Below, piece by piece: positions 15,629 to 23,479 of a DNA stretch of 24,000 bases (position 1 is its first letter; each line of letters starts with the position of its first letter). The position numbers and the translations under genes were made by a program. The notes beneath the pieces were generated by a model. That model saw only the letters and a program-made list of their open reading frames with translations. It was not told where the DNA came from and made no database searches. Origin of the DNA: an uncultured Chloroflexia bacterium (GTDB taxonomy: Bacteria; Chloroflexota; Chloroflexia; Chloroflexales; Kallotenuaceae); assembly GCA_963810425.1 (NCBI GenBank), contig CAWENH010000004.1, positions 78,746 to 102,745 on the forward strand. The letters are read 5' to 3'.

Positions 15629-16285
15629 ATGCCCCGTGAGCACTACGATCAGCAGCTGCGCGGTCTTCAAGATGACCTGCTGCGGCTGGCCAGCCTTGTC
15701 GAGTTCCAGATTGGCCGCGCGGTGGCGGCGCTGGAGGCGCAGGACATCGAGGGCGCCCGAGCGATCATCGCCGACGACGACATCATTGACCGCGGCCAGT
15801 ATGCCCTGGAGGACAAGGCGCTGCTCCTCATCGCGCGGCAGGCGCCGATGGCCGCCGACCTGCGGATGATCAGCGCCGTGATCTCGATCGCGTCGGAGCT
15901 GGAGCGGATCGGCGACTATGCCGAGGGCATCGCCAAGATCACGATTCGTGGCGCCGGCGAGCCGCTGCTGAAGCCGCTCATTGACATCCCGCGCATGGCG
16001 GTGATGGCCCAGCGCATGCTGCGCGAGTTGGTGGACGCCTTTGTGCGCCGCGATGTGGCGGCGGCGCGGCAGCTGGCTGACCAGGATAATCAGGTCGACG
16101 ATCTGACCTCGCAGGTCCAGGAGGAGCTGCTGGGCATGATGCTGCAAAATCCCAGCAACATCGAGCGCGCGCTGCACCTGATCTTCGTGGCCCACAATTT
16201 GGAGCGCGTCGCCGACCGCACCACCAACATCGCCGAGCGGCTGGTCTTCCTGGTGACGGGCGAGATCGAAGAGCTGAACCACTGA
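15629..16285 (+). CDS. phoU: phosphate signalling complex protein PhoU
   Basis: Two PhoU repeats (ELERIGDYAEGIA and NLERVADRTTNIAE). ATG 15629 lies 5 nt after AAAGGAGGGG. Confidence 0.9.
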   Translation: MPREHYDQQLRGLQDDLLRLASLVEFQIGRAVAALEAQDIEGARAIIADDDIIDRGQYALEDKALLLIARQAPMAADLRMISAVISIASELERIGDYAEGIAKITIRGAGEPLLKPLIDIPRMAVMAQRMLRELVDAFVRRDVAAARQLADQDNQVDDLTSQVQEELLGMMLQNPSNIERALHLIFVAHNLERVADRTTNIAERLVFLVTGEIEELNH

Positions 16286-16292
16286 GGAACGT

Positions 16293-17666
16293 ATGATTGC
16301 AATGCTGCGCAACCTGCGCCGGGCCCGCTTCATCGAGCTACAGCTCCTGATCACCGCGCTGCTATTTTTTGCCAGCGGCTATGTGCTGACGGCGGCGGCC
16401 CGGCCGGGCGCCGGCTTTACGCGCACGCCCGCTGGCCTGGCCAGCCTCTCGTGGCCGTCGAGCCTGCCGCTGGTCATGTTTGTAGCGATCAGCATTATTT
16501 TGTCGTGGCGGCTGCCGAAGGCCGACCAGGTGCTGCTGCCGGTCGTGGCGGTACTGGCGGGCCTCGGGCTGCTGTTGATGGCGCGCTTTCAGCCCAGCTT
16601 CGACGCGCAGGGCCTGACCGACGACTACGGCAAAGTCGCCGACAAGCAGACAATCTTTGTCACGCTGGGCGTCGGGCTGCTGCTGTTCATGGCGCTGGCG
16701 CCGCTCGACCGGCTGTTTATTCGCTTTCAGCGCATGTCGCTGATGGACTGGCTCAAAAATCACCGCTGGGTCTGGATGGCGGTCGGCCTCCTGATGGTGG
16801 CGATCACGTTTGTGTTTGGCAAAGGCCCGCCCGGCCAGGACCAGAAGCTGTGGATTGACTTCAAGGTTTTTCAGTTTCAGCCCTCGGAGCTGCTCAAGCT
16901 CTCGCTGGTGATTTTTATGGCCTCGTATCTCGATGAGCACCGCGAGGTCGTGGCGGCCGGCTACCGGCTGGGCCGCATCACGCTGCCGCCGCTGCCCTAT
17001 CTCGTGCCGATGATCGGGATGTGGGGCCTGACGATGGTGTTTATTATCGTCCAGAAAGACCTCGGCAGCGCGCTGCTGCTGTTCGGGATTTTCCTGGCGA
17101 TGCTGTACGTCGCGACCGGCAAGGGCTGGTACGCGCTGGTCGGGCTGGGCGCATTTTCGCTGGGCGCCTACGGCCTCTACAAAGTCATCCCGCGCGTCGG
17201 CGCCCGCGTCGGCATCTGGCTGAACCCGTGGGTCGAGTCGGGCTACCAGATTGTGCAGGGCCAGTACGCGCTGTCGGCCGGCGGGATTTTCGGCTCGGGG
17301 CTGGGCCAGGGATCGCCGACGGTGGTGCCGGCGGTCCACACCGACTTTATTTTTTCGGCGATTGGCGAGGAGATGGGCCTGGCGGGCGCGATGGGCGTGC
17401 TGCTGCTGTATCTGCTGCTGATGTACCGCGGCTACCACATTGCCGTCAGCCTCAACAGCCGCTTTCGCGGCTTCGAGCAGCTGTTTGCGGTCGGCCTCAC
17501 ATCGATCATCGTCTTCCAGGCCTTTATTATCATCGGCGGCGTGCTGCGGGTGATCCCGCTGACCGGCGTGACGCTGCCGTTTCTGTCGTATGGCGGCTCG
17601 TCGATCCTGATCAACTTCCTGATCATCGGCCTGCTGCTGCGGATTTCGGCCGGCCGCTCGGCGTGA
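16293..17666 (+). CDS. FtsW/RodA/SpoVE-family peptidoglycan polymerase (SEDS protein)
   Basis: 457-aa polytopic protein with SEDS motifs (QPSELLK, HTDFIFSAIGEEMGL, PLTGVTLPFLSYGGSS). Whether it is FtsW or RodA cannot be told from sequence alone. Confidence 0.9.
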   Translation: MIAMLRNLRRARFIELQLLITALLFFASGYVLTAAARPGAGFTRTPAGLASLSWPSSLPLVMFVAISIILSWRLPKADQVLLPVVAVLAGLGLLLMARFQPSFDAQGLTDDYGKVADKQTIFVTLGVGLLLFMALAPLDRLFIRFQRMSLMDWLKNHRWVWMAVGLLMVAITFVFGKGPPGQDQKLWIDFKVFQFQPSELLKLSLVIFMASYLDEHREVVAAGYRLGRITLPPLPYLVPMIGMWGLTMVFIIVQKDLGSALLLFGIFLAMLYVATGKGWYALVGLGAFSLGAYGLYKVIPRVGARVGIWLNPWVESGYQIVQGQYALSAGGIFGSGLGQGSPTVVPAVHTDFIFSAIGEEMGLAGAMGVLLLYLLLMYRGYHIAVSLNSRFRGFEQLFAVGLTSIIVFQAFIIIGGVLRVIPLTGVTLPFLSYGGSSILINFLIIGLLLRISAGRSA

Positions 17667-17687
17667 CGATGGGCGGGCGGGGCCGGC

Positions 17688-18933
17688 GTGGCGACTGAGG
17701 AGCGGCCGCCGCTGGCATTCTGGCAGATGACCTTCTGGGGCTGGGCGGCGCTGGGGAATTTCGAGCTGCTGCTGCCGCTGCTGGGCCTGGCGCTGGGCGC
17801 CACGAGCACCCAGATCGGTCAGGTGTTCAGCGTCTTTTCGATCACCGCGCTGAGTTCTGCGGATCGCGCTCGGCCCGCTGCTGGACCGCTGGCCGCGCCG
17901 GCCGCTGCTCCTGGCGGGTTTGGCGATCTATGTGGTGGCGCTGAGCGGCTTTGCGGTCGCCGGGTCGGTCGCGACGCTGATCGGCGCGCGGCTGCTGCAG
18001 GGCCTCGGCTCCACCGCCGTCTGGCCGACCGCCACGGTGCTGCTGGCCGAGTGGGGCGGCCGCCAGCAGGGCGCGAGCTTCGGGCGCTACCAGACGATCA
18101 GCGTGCTGGGCGCCGGGGTTGGCACCGGCTGGACCGGGCTAGTGACGCTGCTGCTCGATGGGCAGACGCGGGCCACGCTGGGCCGCTTGGTGACGCTGCC
18201 GGCCTGGCTGCCGGCGCCGTGGCCGCAGCTGGCGCTGCTCCACCTGATCTTCGCTGGCAACGCAGCCTGCGCGGCAGTCGCGCTGGGCTGCGCGGCGCTG
18301 CTGCGGGCGCCCGCGCGCACAGTGCCGGCCGAGCGGCTGCGCTGGTCGGTGCCAGGCTGGCTGCGGCCGCTCTTGGTGTGCGGCGCCGTCAGCGGCGCGG
18401 CCAGCGGGCTGCTGGCGCCAGTCCAGGTGGTGCTCCTGGAGCAGCGCTTTGGCCAGGGCCTGGTCGGCATCGCGCTGGCTTATGGGCTGCCGGGCGTGCT
18501 GTACGCGCTTGTGCCAGCGCCCGCCGGCCGCTGGGCCGACCGGGTCGGCTACCGCCGCGCCGCCACGCTCGGCCTGCTGCTCCCGCTGGTGGGCTACGCG
18601 CTGATCCCGCTGGCGACCAGCCAGCTGGCCTTCACGCTCTGCCTGTGTCTGGAGGCGGTCGGCCTCAGCATTCTGGTGCCGGCGATCTATGCGCTGGTCG
18701 GCGCCGGCAGCCCGGCGCAGCGCGGGCAGTCCTATGGCCTCTACACGTTTGCCGGCGGGCTGGGCGGCGCGCTGACGCAGGCCGTCGGCGGCTGGCTGTA
18801 TCAGCACGCGGGCGCCGGCGCGCCCTTCTGGCTGGCAGCCGCGCTCATGGGCCTGAGCGCCGCCGCGCTGTACGGGCCGGGCCTAGCGCCGCGCGCGCCG
18901 GGCGTAGGCGCCCAGCTCCAGGACGGCGAATAG
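17688..18933 (+). pseudogene. MFS transporter with a 1-nt frame disruption near 17853-17857 (assembly error or pseudogene)
   Basis: ORF 17688.. starts MFS-like (FWQMTFWGWAALGNFELLLPLLGLALGATSTQIGQVFSVFSITAL) and then turns to Ala/Arg/Gly/Pro junk. The +1 frame, closed by TGA at 17851-17853, continues VLRIALGPLLDRWPRRPLLLAGLAIYVVALSGF..., which carries MFS motif A (G-x-L-x-D-R-x-x-R-R), and runs on as listed ORF 17920..18933. The total of 1246 nt equals 415 codons plus 1 nt. Confidence 0.75.
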
Positions 18934-19158
18934 GAGCGCGGCCAGGATCACCCACACCAGGATCAGCCCGGCCAGCGCGCCGGCCTGGAGGCCGATACTG
19001 CGGCCGAGCAGCCCGCCAACGCCTTGCACCCAGAGTGCCGGCAGCCCAATCGTCGTGCGCAGCGCCGGCCGTGCCACGCTGGCGTAGATGCCAATCGTCA
19101 TCCAGGCGACCGCCAGCGATCCGGCGGCCAGAAACCGATACTGCGTGAATCTGCTCAT
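18883..19158 (-). CDS. small membrane protein (91 aa)
   Basis: ATG 19158 overlaps the stop of the upstream gene (ATGA). MSRFTQYRFLAAGSLAVAWMTIGIYA...AGLILVWVILAALLFAVLELG. It is the 3' part of listed ORF 18883..19659. It converges on and overlaps the MFS 3' end by 51 nt. Confidence 0.5.
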   Translation of the reverse strand: MSRFTQYRFLAAGSLAVAWMTIGIYASVARPALRTTIGLPALWVQGVGGLLGRSIGLQAGALAGLILVWVILAALLFAVLELGAYARRARR

Positions 19159-19673
19159 TGCATGCTGGCGCCGATAGCGAACAGCAGACAAATGCCAATT
19201 GCGCCCAGCACCACCATGCCAATCGAAATCCAACCGACAATGATGCCGGCCGTCGCCAATCCGTCGCCGCTCTGCTGGCCGTTCGACCCACGAATCTCGT
19301 TTCGCGCGCGATAGCCCAGCACGATGCCAATGATCGCGCCGATCAAGGGTAGAAGGAAAAACGACAGCACGCTTAGGACCAGCGAGGCCACCGCCATGCT
19401 GTTGGTCTGGGGCATCATGCCGCTGGGCATAATGTACGGCTGCGCGCCCGGCATGTAGTTCGGCTGGGCGCCCGGCGTAAACGTCGGCGGGGCGGGGGCG
19501 CTGGGTGGGGCCTCGTAGATGCGCGGGGCGCTGGGCGGCTCGCTGCTCTGCGGCGGGCGGTTGAGGTTGACGGTGGCGCCGGTGGCCGGGCGGGGCGCGG
19601 TCAGCGCGCTGCCACAGGTGATACAGAAGGCGGCGTCGGCCGTGTTGCTGGTGCCACAAACACTACATTGCAT
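19155..19673 (-). CDS. zinc-ribbon / Pro-rich linker / DUF4190-like membrane domain protein
   Basis: MQCSVCGTSNTADAAFCITCG, then a Pro-rich low-complexity linker, then two hydrophobic helices flanking YRARNEIRGSNGQQSGDGLA. AAAGGAAG lies upstream of the ATG. Confidence 0.8.
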   Translation of the reverse strand: MQCSVCGTSNTADAAFCITCGSALTAPRPATGATVNLNRPPQSSEPPSAPRIYEAPPSAPAPPTFTPGAQPNYMPGAQPYIMPSGMMPQTNSMAVASLVLSVLSFFLLPLIGAIIGIVLGYRARNEIRGSNGQQSGDGLATAGIIVGWISIGMVVLGAIGICLLFAIGASMQ

Positions 19674-19780
19674 CGGAGGCTTCCTTTCGTTGACGGTATG
19701 ATAGCAGCCGCGTCCCGAACTGCAACCGCTCGTCTGTGGAATAAACCTTGCAGCGTCAGCGCTGTAACAAGGAGCGAGCG

Positions 19781-20344
19781 ATGCGACATACTCTCGTGCT
19801 GGGCGCGCCGGTGGGGCGGGCCGACCATGCGTTTGGCAAGCTTTCGGCGATTCTGGTGGACAACGGCGTGGCGAATCAGATTGTGGTCAATCCAACTGGG
19901 CTGTTCAGCGGGCCGGAGCGGGTCGTGCCGCTGAGTTCGCTGGGCGCGAGCACCGCCGACCAGGTTGTGCTTGACGTAACCGACGATGATTGGCGGGCCT
20001 TCGGCGCGTTTTCGATGGAGACACTGCATGTCGCGGCGCTGACAGCGCCTCACGGCCTGCCGGTGAATCCCGGCATCGACCTTGACCGCAAAATGGCCGA
20101 GCTGCCGACCGAGCAGAATGTTTCGACCGATCCGACGGTCGCCGACACAGTGGTGGTGCTGTCGAAGGATACGCAGGTCGGGACGCTGGGCGCGCTGCAT
20201 GGCCTGGTGATCGACACCGGCATCCCCGAGGCGCTGCTGGTCGGTCATCAGCAGTTGCCGTTCAGCCAGGTCGGCCGCCTGGATAGCAAGCAGATCGAGC
20301 TGGGCGCCACGCCCCACTCCGACGAGCCGGCGCGCAGCCACTGA
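19781..20344 (+). CDS. tandem PRC-barrel-like domain protein
   Basis: From ATG 19781 (AAGGAG 6 nt upstream): LGAPVGRADHAFGKLSAILVDNGVANQIVVNP...ERVVPLSSL...VVLDVT, plus a second similar module (VVVLSKDTQVGTLGALHGLVIDTG...LPFSQVGRLDSKQIEL). The domain call rests on pattern recognition only. Confidence 0.6.
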   Translation: MRHTLVLGAPVGRADHAFGKLSAILVDNGVANQIVVNPTGLFSGPERVVPLSSLGASTADQVVLDVTDDDWRAFGAFSMETLHVAALTAPHGLPVNPGIDLDRKMAELPTEQNVSTDPTVADTVVVLSKDTQVGTLGALHGLVIDTGIPEALLVGHQQLPFSQVGRLDSKQIELGATPHSDEPARSH

Positions 20345-20739
20345 TGCGCCTGGCGGCCGCGGCGCTGCGGCAGCTCCTGGCGCTGGCCCAGGCCGCGCCG
20401 CAGCACGAGGTCTGCGGCGTGCTGCTGGGTCCGCGCGCCGACCACGCCGCAACCATCGTTGCGGGCCGCAATGTGGCGGCGGCGCCAGCCACTACGTTTC
20501 TCCTGGACGCCGCGACGCTGCTCGCGGCCGACGCCCAGGCTCGCGCCGCCGGGCTGTGCGTCGTGGGCTTTTTTCATAGCCACCCGGCCAGTGTGCCATT
20601 CCCGTCGTCCAGCGACCGCGCGAGCGCGTGGCCCGACACCTGGCACTTGATCGTCGGGCGGGTCGGCGCTACGTGGGCCGTGACCGCCTGGCAGCTTGGC
20701 GCGGGCCGTGTCGTGCCGGGCTGCATTGTGGTGCGCTGA
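20344..20739 (+). CDS. JAMM/MPN+ (Mov34/JAB) family metalloprotease
   Basis: EVCGVLLG (catalytic Glu) and HSHPASVPFPSSSD, an exact H-x-H-x7-S-x2-D JAMM motif. The ATG overlaps the upstream stop (TGATG). Confidence 0.85.
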   Translation: MRLAAAALRQLLALAQAAPQHEVCGVLLGPRADHAATIVAGRNVAAAPATTFLLDAATLLAADAQARAAGLCVVGFFHSHPASVPFPSSSDRASAWPDTWHLIVGRVGATWAVTAWQLGAGRVVPGCIVVR

Positions 20740-20751
20740 ACTGCCCTGGAA

Positions 20752-20796
20752 CCGCAGCGCGCCGCCGTCAGCTGGGCTGGCGGCGGCGCGCTGCGG
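20752..20796. terminator. very strong GC-rich hairpin between convergent genes (bidirectional terminator-like)
   Basis: ccgcagcgcgccgccg (20752-20767) pairs perfectly with cggcggcgcgctgcgg (20781-20796). The inner cagc/gctg extends the stem around a tgg loop. There is no U-tract on either side. Confidence 0.5.
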
Positions 20797-20816
20797 TGAG
20801 TGCGGCGGGTGCGCTG

Positions 20817-22097
20817 CTAGCGCGCGGCAAACCGCGACAGCTGGGCCTGCTCGCCGCCGACGCCCAGCAGCTTCATGGCACGCAGCAGCTGGCTGTCTTT
20901 GGTGGTCGTCAGCTGCTCAGGTTTGAGCTGCTTTACCGCGGTCGGCGTCAGGCCGCGCACGCCCGCGGGCAGCGCCACGGTCAGGTCGGGCGCGACGCCC
21001 TCGCGGCGCAGGTAGCGGCCCTTCGGCGTCAGCCACTGGCCGGTGCCGAGCAGCAGCGCGGCCTTGTCCTGGAGCTCCAGCGTCGAGAGCACGGTGCCGG
21101 TCCCGGCGGTCGGGACGCCGATCAGCGTCGCCCGGCCATAGTCCTGCAGCGCGCCGGCGAAAATCTCGGCCGACGACGCCGAGCCGCCGTTGATCAGCAC
21201 GACCATCGGCAGGTCGAGCTGTGGCTCCGCGGTCTGGCTGCGGTAGACTTTCTCCTCGCCGTCGCGCACCGACTCGCGTAGCACGACCTCGCCTTTTTTG
21301 ACAAATAGCCCGGTGACGGCGGTGGCCTGGCTCAGCAGCCCGCCCGGATTGTCGCGCACGTCAAAGATGATCGCGGTGGCGCCGGCGGCTTTGGCCTCGT
21401 CGAGCCGGCCCTGCACTGCCTCGGCCGCATTGTCCGAGAACTGCGTTAGGCGAATCAGGGCGATGTTGCCGGGCAGCATCGTCCACGCGGTCGCCGGCAC
21501 GGTCACGGCGGCGCGAGTGATCGTCATCTCCTCGGTCGCCTCCTCGCCCACATGCCGCACGGTGATCGTCACCGACGTGCCAGCCTTGCCGCGGATCAGC
21601 GCCACAACCTCGTCGATCACCAGCCCCTCGGTGGAGTTGCCGTTGACGCGCACGATCACATCGCCCGGCCGCACCCCCGCCGCCTCGGCCGGCGAACCCT
21701 CAATCGGCGCAACAATGATTGGCACGCCGTTCTCGGTGTTGACAAAGGCGCCAATGCCTTCAAAGGAGCCTTGCAGCGACTCGCTGAAGCGCTTGACCTG
21801 CTCGGCGGTCAGGTAGCGGGTGTGGCCCTGGTCGCCCAGCGAGTCCAGCATGCCGTTGATCGCGCCAGTGATCATGTCGTCGGGGTTGACGGCCTTCGGA
21901 TCGACAAAGCGGGTCTCGGCCAGATTCCAGACTTTCCAAAACTGGGTAAACTTGGCGCACACCTCGGCCAACTCGGTGCAGGCGCCGTCGCCGGCCGCGC
22001 CGCGCACCAGCGACCAGCCCGGCCCCAGGCTCAGGCTGACAATCATTAAACCGGCCACCAGCCACAGCGGCGGGCGCCACAGCGCAACCTTTCGCAT
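20817..22097 (-). CDS. S41-family C-terminal processing peptidase (CtpA-like) with a PDZ domain
   Basis: From ATG 22097 (GAGGAG upstream): signal/anchor helix, PDZ (GIGAFV...GSPAEAAGVRPGDVIVRVNG), and catalytic region (DVRDNPGGL, GGSASSAEIFAGAL). The listed ORF to 22190 is over-extended. Confidence 0.9.
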   Translation of the reverse strand: MRKVALWRPPLWLVAGLMIVSLSLGPGWSLVRGAAGDGACTELAEVCAKFTQFWKVWNLAETRFVDPKAVNPDDMITGAINGMLDSLGDQGHTRYLTAEQVKRFSESLQGSFEGIGAFVNTENGVPIIVAPIEGSPAEAAGVRPGDVIVRVNGNSTEGLVIDEVVALIRGKAGTSVTITVRHVGEEATEEMTITRAAVTVPATAWTMLPGNIALIRLTQFSDNAAEAVQGRLDEAKAAGATAIIFDVRDNPGGLLSQATAVTGLFVKKGEVVLRESVRDGEEKVYRSQTAEPQLDLPMVVLINGGSASSAEIFAGALQDYGRATLIGVPTAGTGTVLSTLELQDKAALLLGTGQWLTPKGRYLRREGVAPDLTVALPAGVRGLTPTAVKQLKPEQLTTTKDSQLLRAMKLLGVGGEQAQLSRFAAR

Positions 22098-22161
22098 GAT
22101 CTGCTCCTCTAAACCGCTACAATATAACGATACCCGAGCCGCCTTGCAACACAGGACCGCG

Positions 22162-23397
22162 ATGCCAAAAATTTTACACGTCGCCGACATTCATATCGGC
22201 ATGGAAAACTACGGCCGGATCGACCCGGCGACCGGGCTGCACACCCGGCTGATCGACTTTTTGGACCGCCTCGACGAGGTGATCACCTACGCCCTGGAGA
22301 CCGAGCCGGTTGATCTGGTGCTGATCGCCGGCGACATCTATAAGACGCGCTCGCCCAACCCGACCCACCAGCGCGAGTTTGCCAGCCGCATCCGCCGCCT
22401 GACCGCCGCCGGCCTGCCGGTCGTGATCCTGACCGGCAACCACGATGTGCCCGCCGCCAGCGGCCGCGCCCACTCGGTCGAGATTTTCCAGACGCTGGAC
22501 ATTGAGCACGTCACCATCGCCGACCGCCTCCAGGTGCTAACTATCCCTACGCACGGCGGCCCGGTGCAGATTGTGGCGATCCCGTGGCTCAATCGCCAGG
22601 TGCTGCTGAGCAGAGAGGACCTGCACAGCCTGCCGATGGCCGCGCTGGAGACCGAGATGATCAGCCGCGTTGAGGCCTGGCTGGACGCCAAGCTGCCGAC
22701 GCTCGACCCGGCGATCCCGACGATCCTGACCTTTCACGGCTCGCTCGCCGGCGCAACGTTTGGCGCCGAGCGCTCGATCATGCTGGGCCACGACCTGATC
22801 CTGCCGCGCTCGACCGTCGCCCGCCCCGAGATTGACTATGTGGCGCTGGGCCACATCCACAAGCACCAGGTCATCGGCGACCTGCCGCCGGCGGTCTACG
22901 CCGGCAGCATCGAGCGCATTGATTTCGGCGAGGAGCGCGAGGCCAAAGGCTTTGTCGTCGTCGATCTGGCGAAGGGTCAGACGGCGTGGCGCTTCGTGCC
23001 GGTGGCGGCGCGGCCGTTTGTGACCGTCGAGGTCGACGTGCGCGAGCATCCCGAGCCGCAGAGCCGCGTGCTGACGGCGATCGGCAAGCACAAGCTGGCC
23101 GGCGCCGTGGTGCGCGTGCTGGTGCAGTGCAAGCCCGAGCAGCGCCCGCGCCTCGATGACAAGGCGCTGCGCGAGGCGGTCGAGGCGGCCGGCGCACACG
23201 TCGTCGCCGCCATCGCCATCGAGGTGGAGCGCGGCGGGCGGGGCCGCTTCGCCGCCTTCGACGACGAGCTGCGCGGCGGCACCACGCCCGAGCGCGCGCT
23301 GAAGCTCTATTTGCAGGCCAAAAATGTCAGCGCCAGCCGCCAGGCCCAGCTCCTAAACTCGTTCCGCAAGCTGCGCGACACGCCGGCGAGCGACTGA
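22162..23397 (+). CDS. sbcD: SbcD/Mre11-like metallophosphoesterase nuclease
   Basis: From ATG 22162: KILHVADIHIG, LIAGDIY, LTGNHD, TFHGSL, ALGHIH calcineurin-like phosphoesterase motifs, plus a C-terminal capping/dimerisation region. The listed ORF from 21820 is over-extended. Confidence 0.85.
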   Translation: MPKILHVADIHIGMENYGRIDPATGLHTRLIDFLDRLDEVITYALETEPVDLVLIAGDIYKTRSPNPTHQREFASRIRRLTAAGLPVVILTGNHDVPAASGRAHSVEIFQTLDIEHVTIADRLQVLTIPTHGGPVQIVAIPWLNRQVLLSREDLHSLPMAALETEMISRVEAWLDAKLPTLDPAIPTILTFHGSLAGATFGAERSIMLGHDLILPRSTVARPEIDYVALGHIHKHQVIGDLPPAVYAGSIERIDFGEEREAKGFVVVDLAKGQTAWRFVPVAARPFVTVEVDVREHPEPQSRVLTAIGKHKLAGAVVRVLVQCKPEQRPRLDDKALREAVEAAGAHVVAAIAIEVERGGRGRFAAFDDELRGGTTPERALKLYLQAKNVSASRQAQLLNSFRKLRDTPASD

Positions 23398-23421
23398 GAC
23401 GAGCGAAATTAAAGACTTCAA

Positions 23422-23451
23422 GCGGCCCGTCACCAGCGCGTGACGGGCCGC
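23422..23451. terminator. perfect 12-bp stem / 6-nt loop hairpin between convergent genes
   Basis: gcggcccgtcac cagcgc gtgacgggccgc. On the minus strand the flanking sequence is moderately T-rich (gcttgaagtctttaattt). Confidence 0.65.
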
Positions 23452-23479
23452 TCCGCTTGGGTATATAAACAAGGATAGG

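Noticed and set aside
17688-19148. The 486-aa ORF as one intact gene.
   Set aside because: After about 17853 the translation is Ala/Arg/Gly/Pro junk running past the real C-terminus. The +1 frame (17920..18933) carries the MFS motifs and hydrophobic helices.
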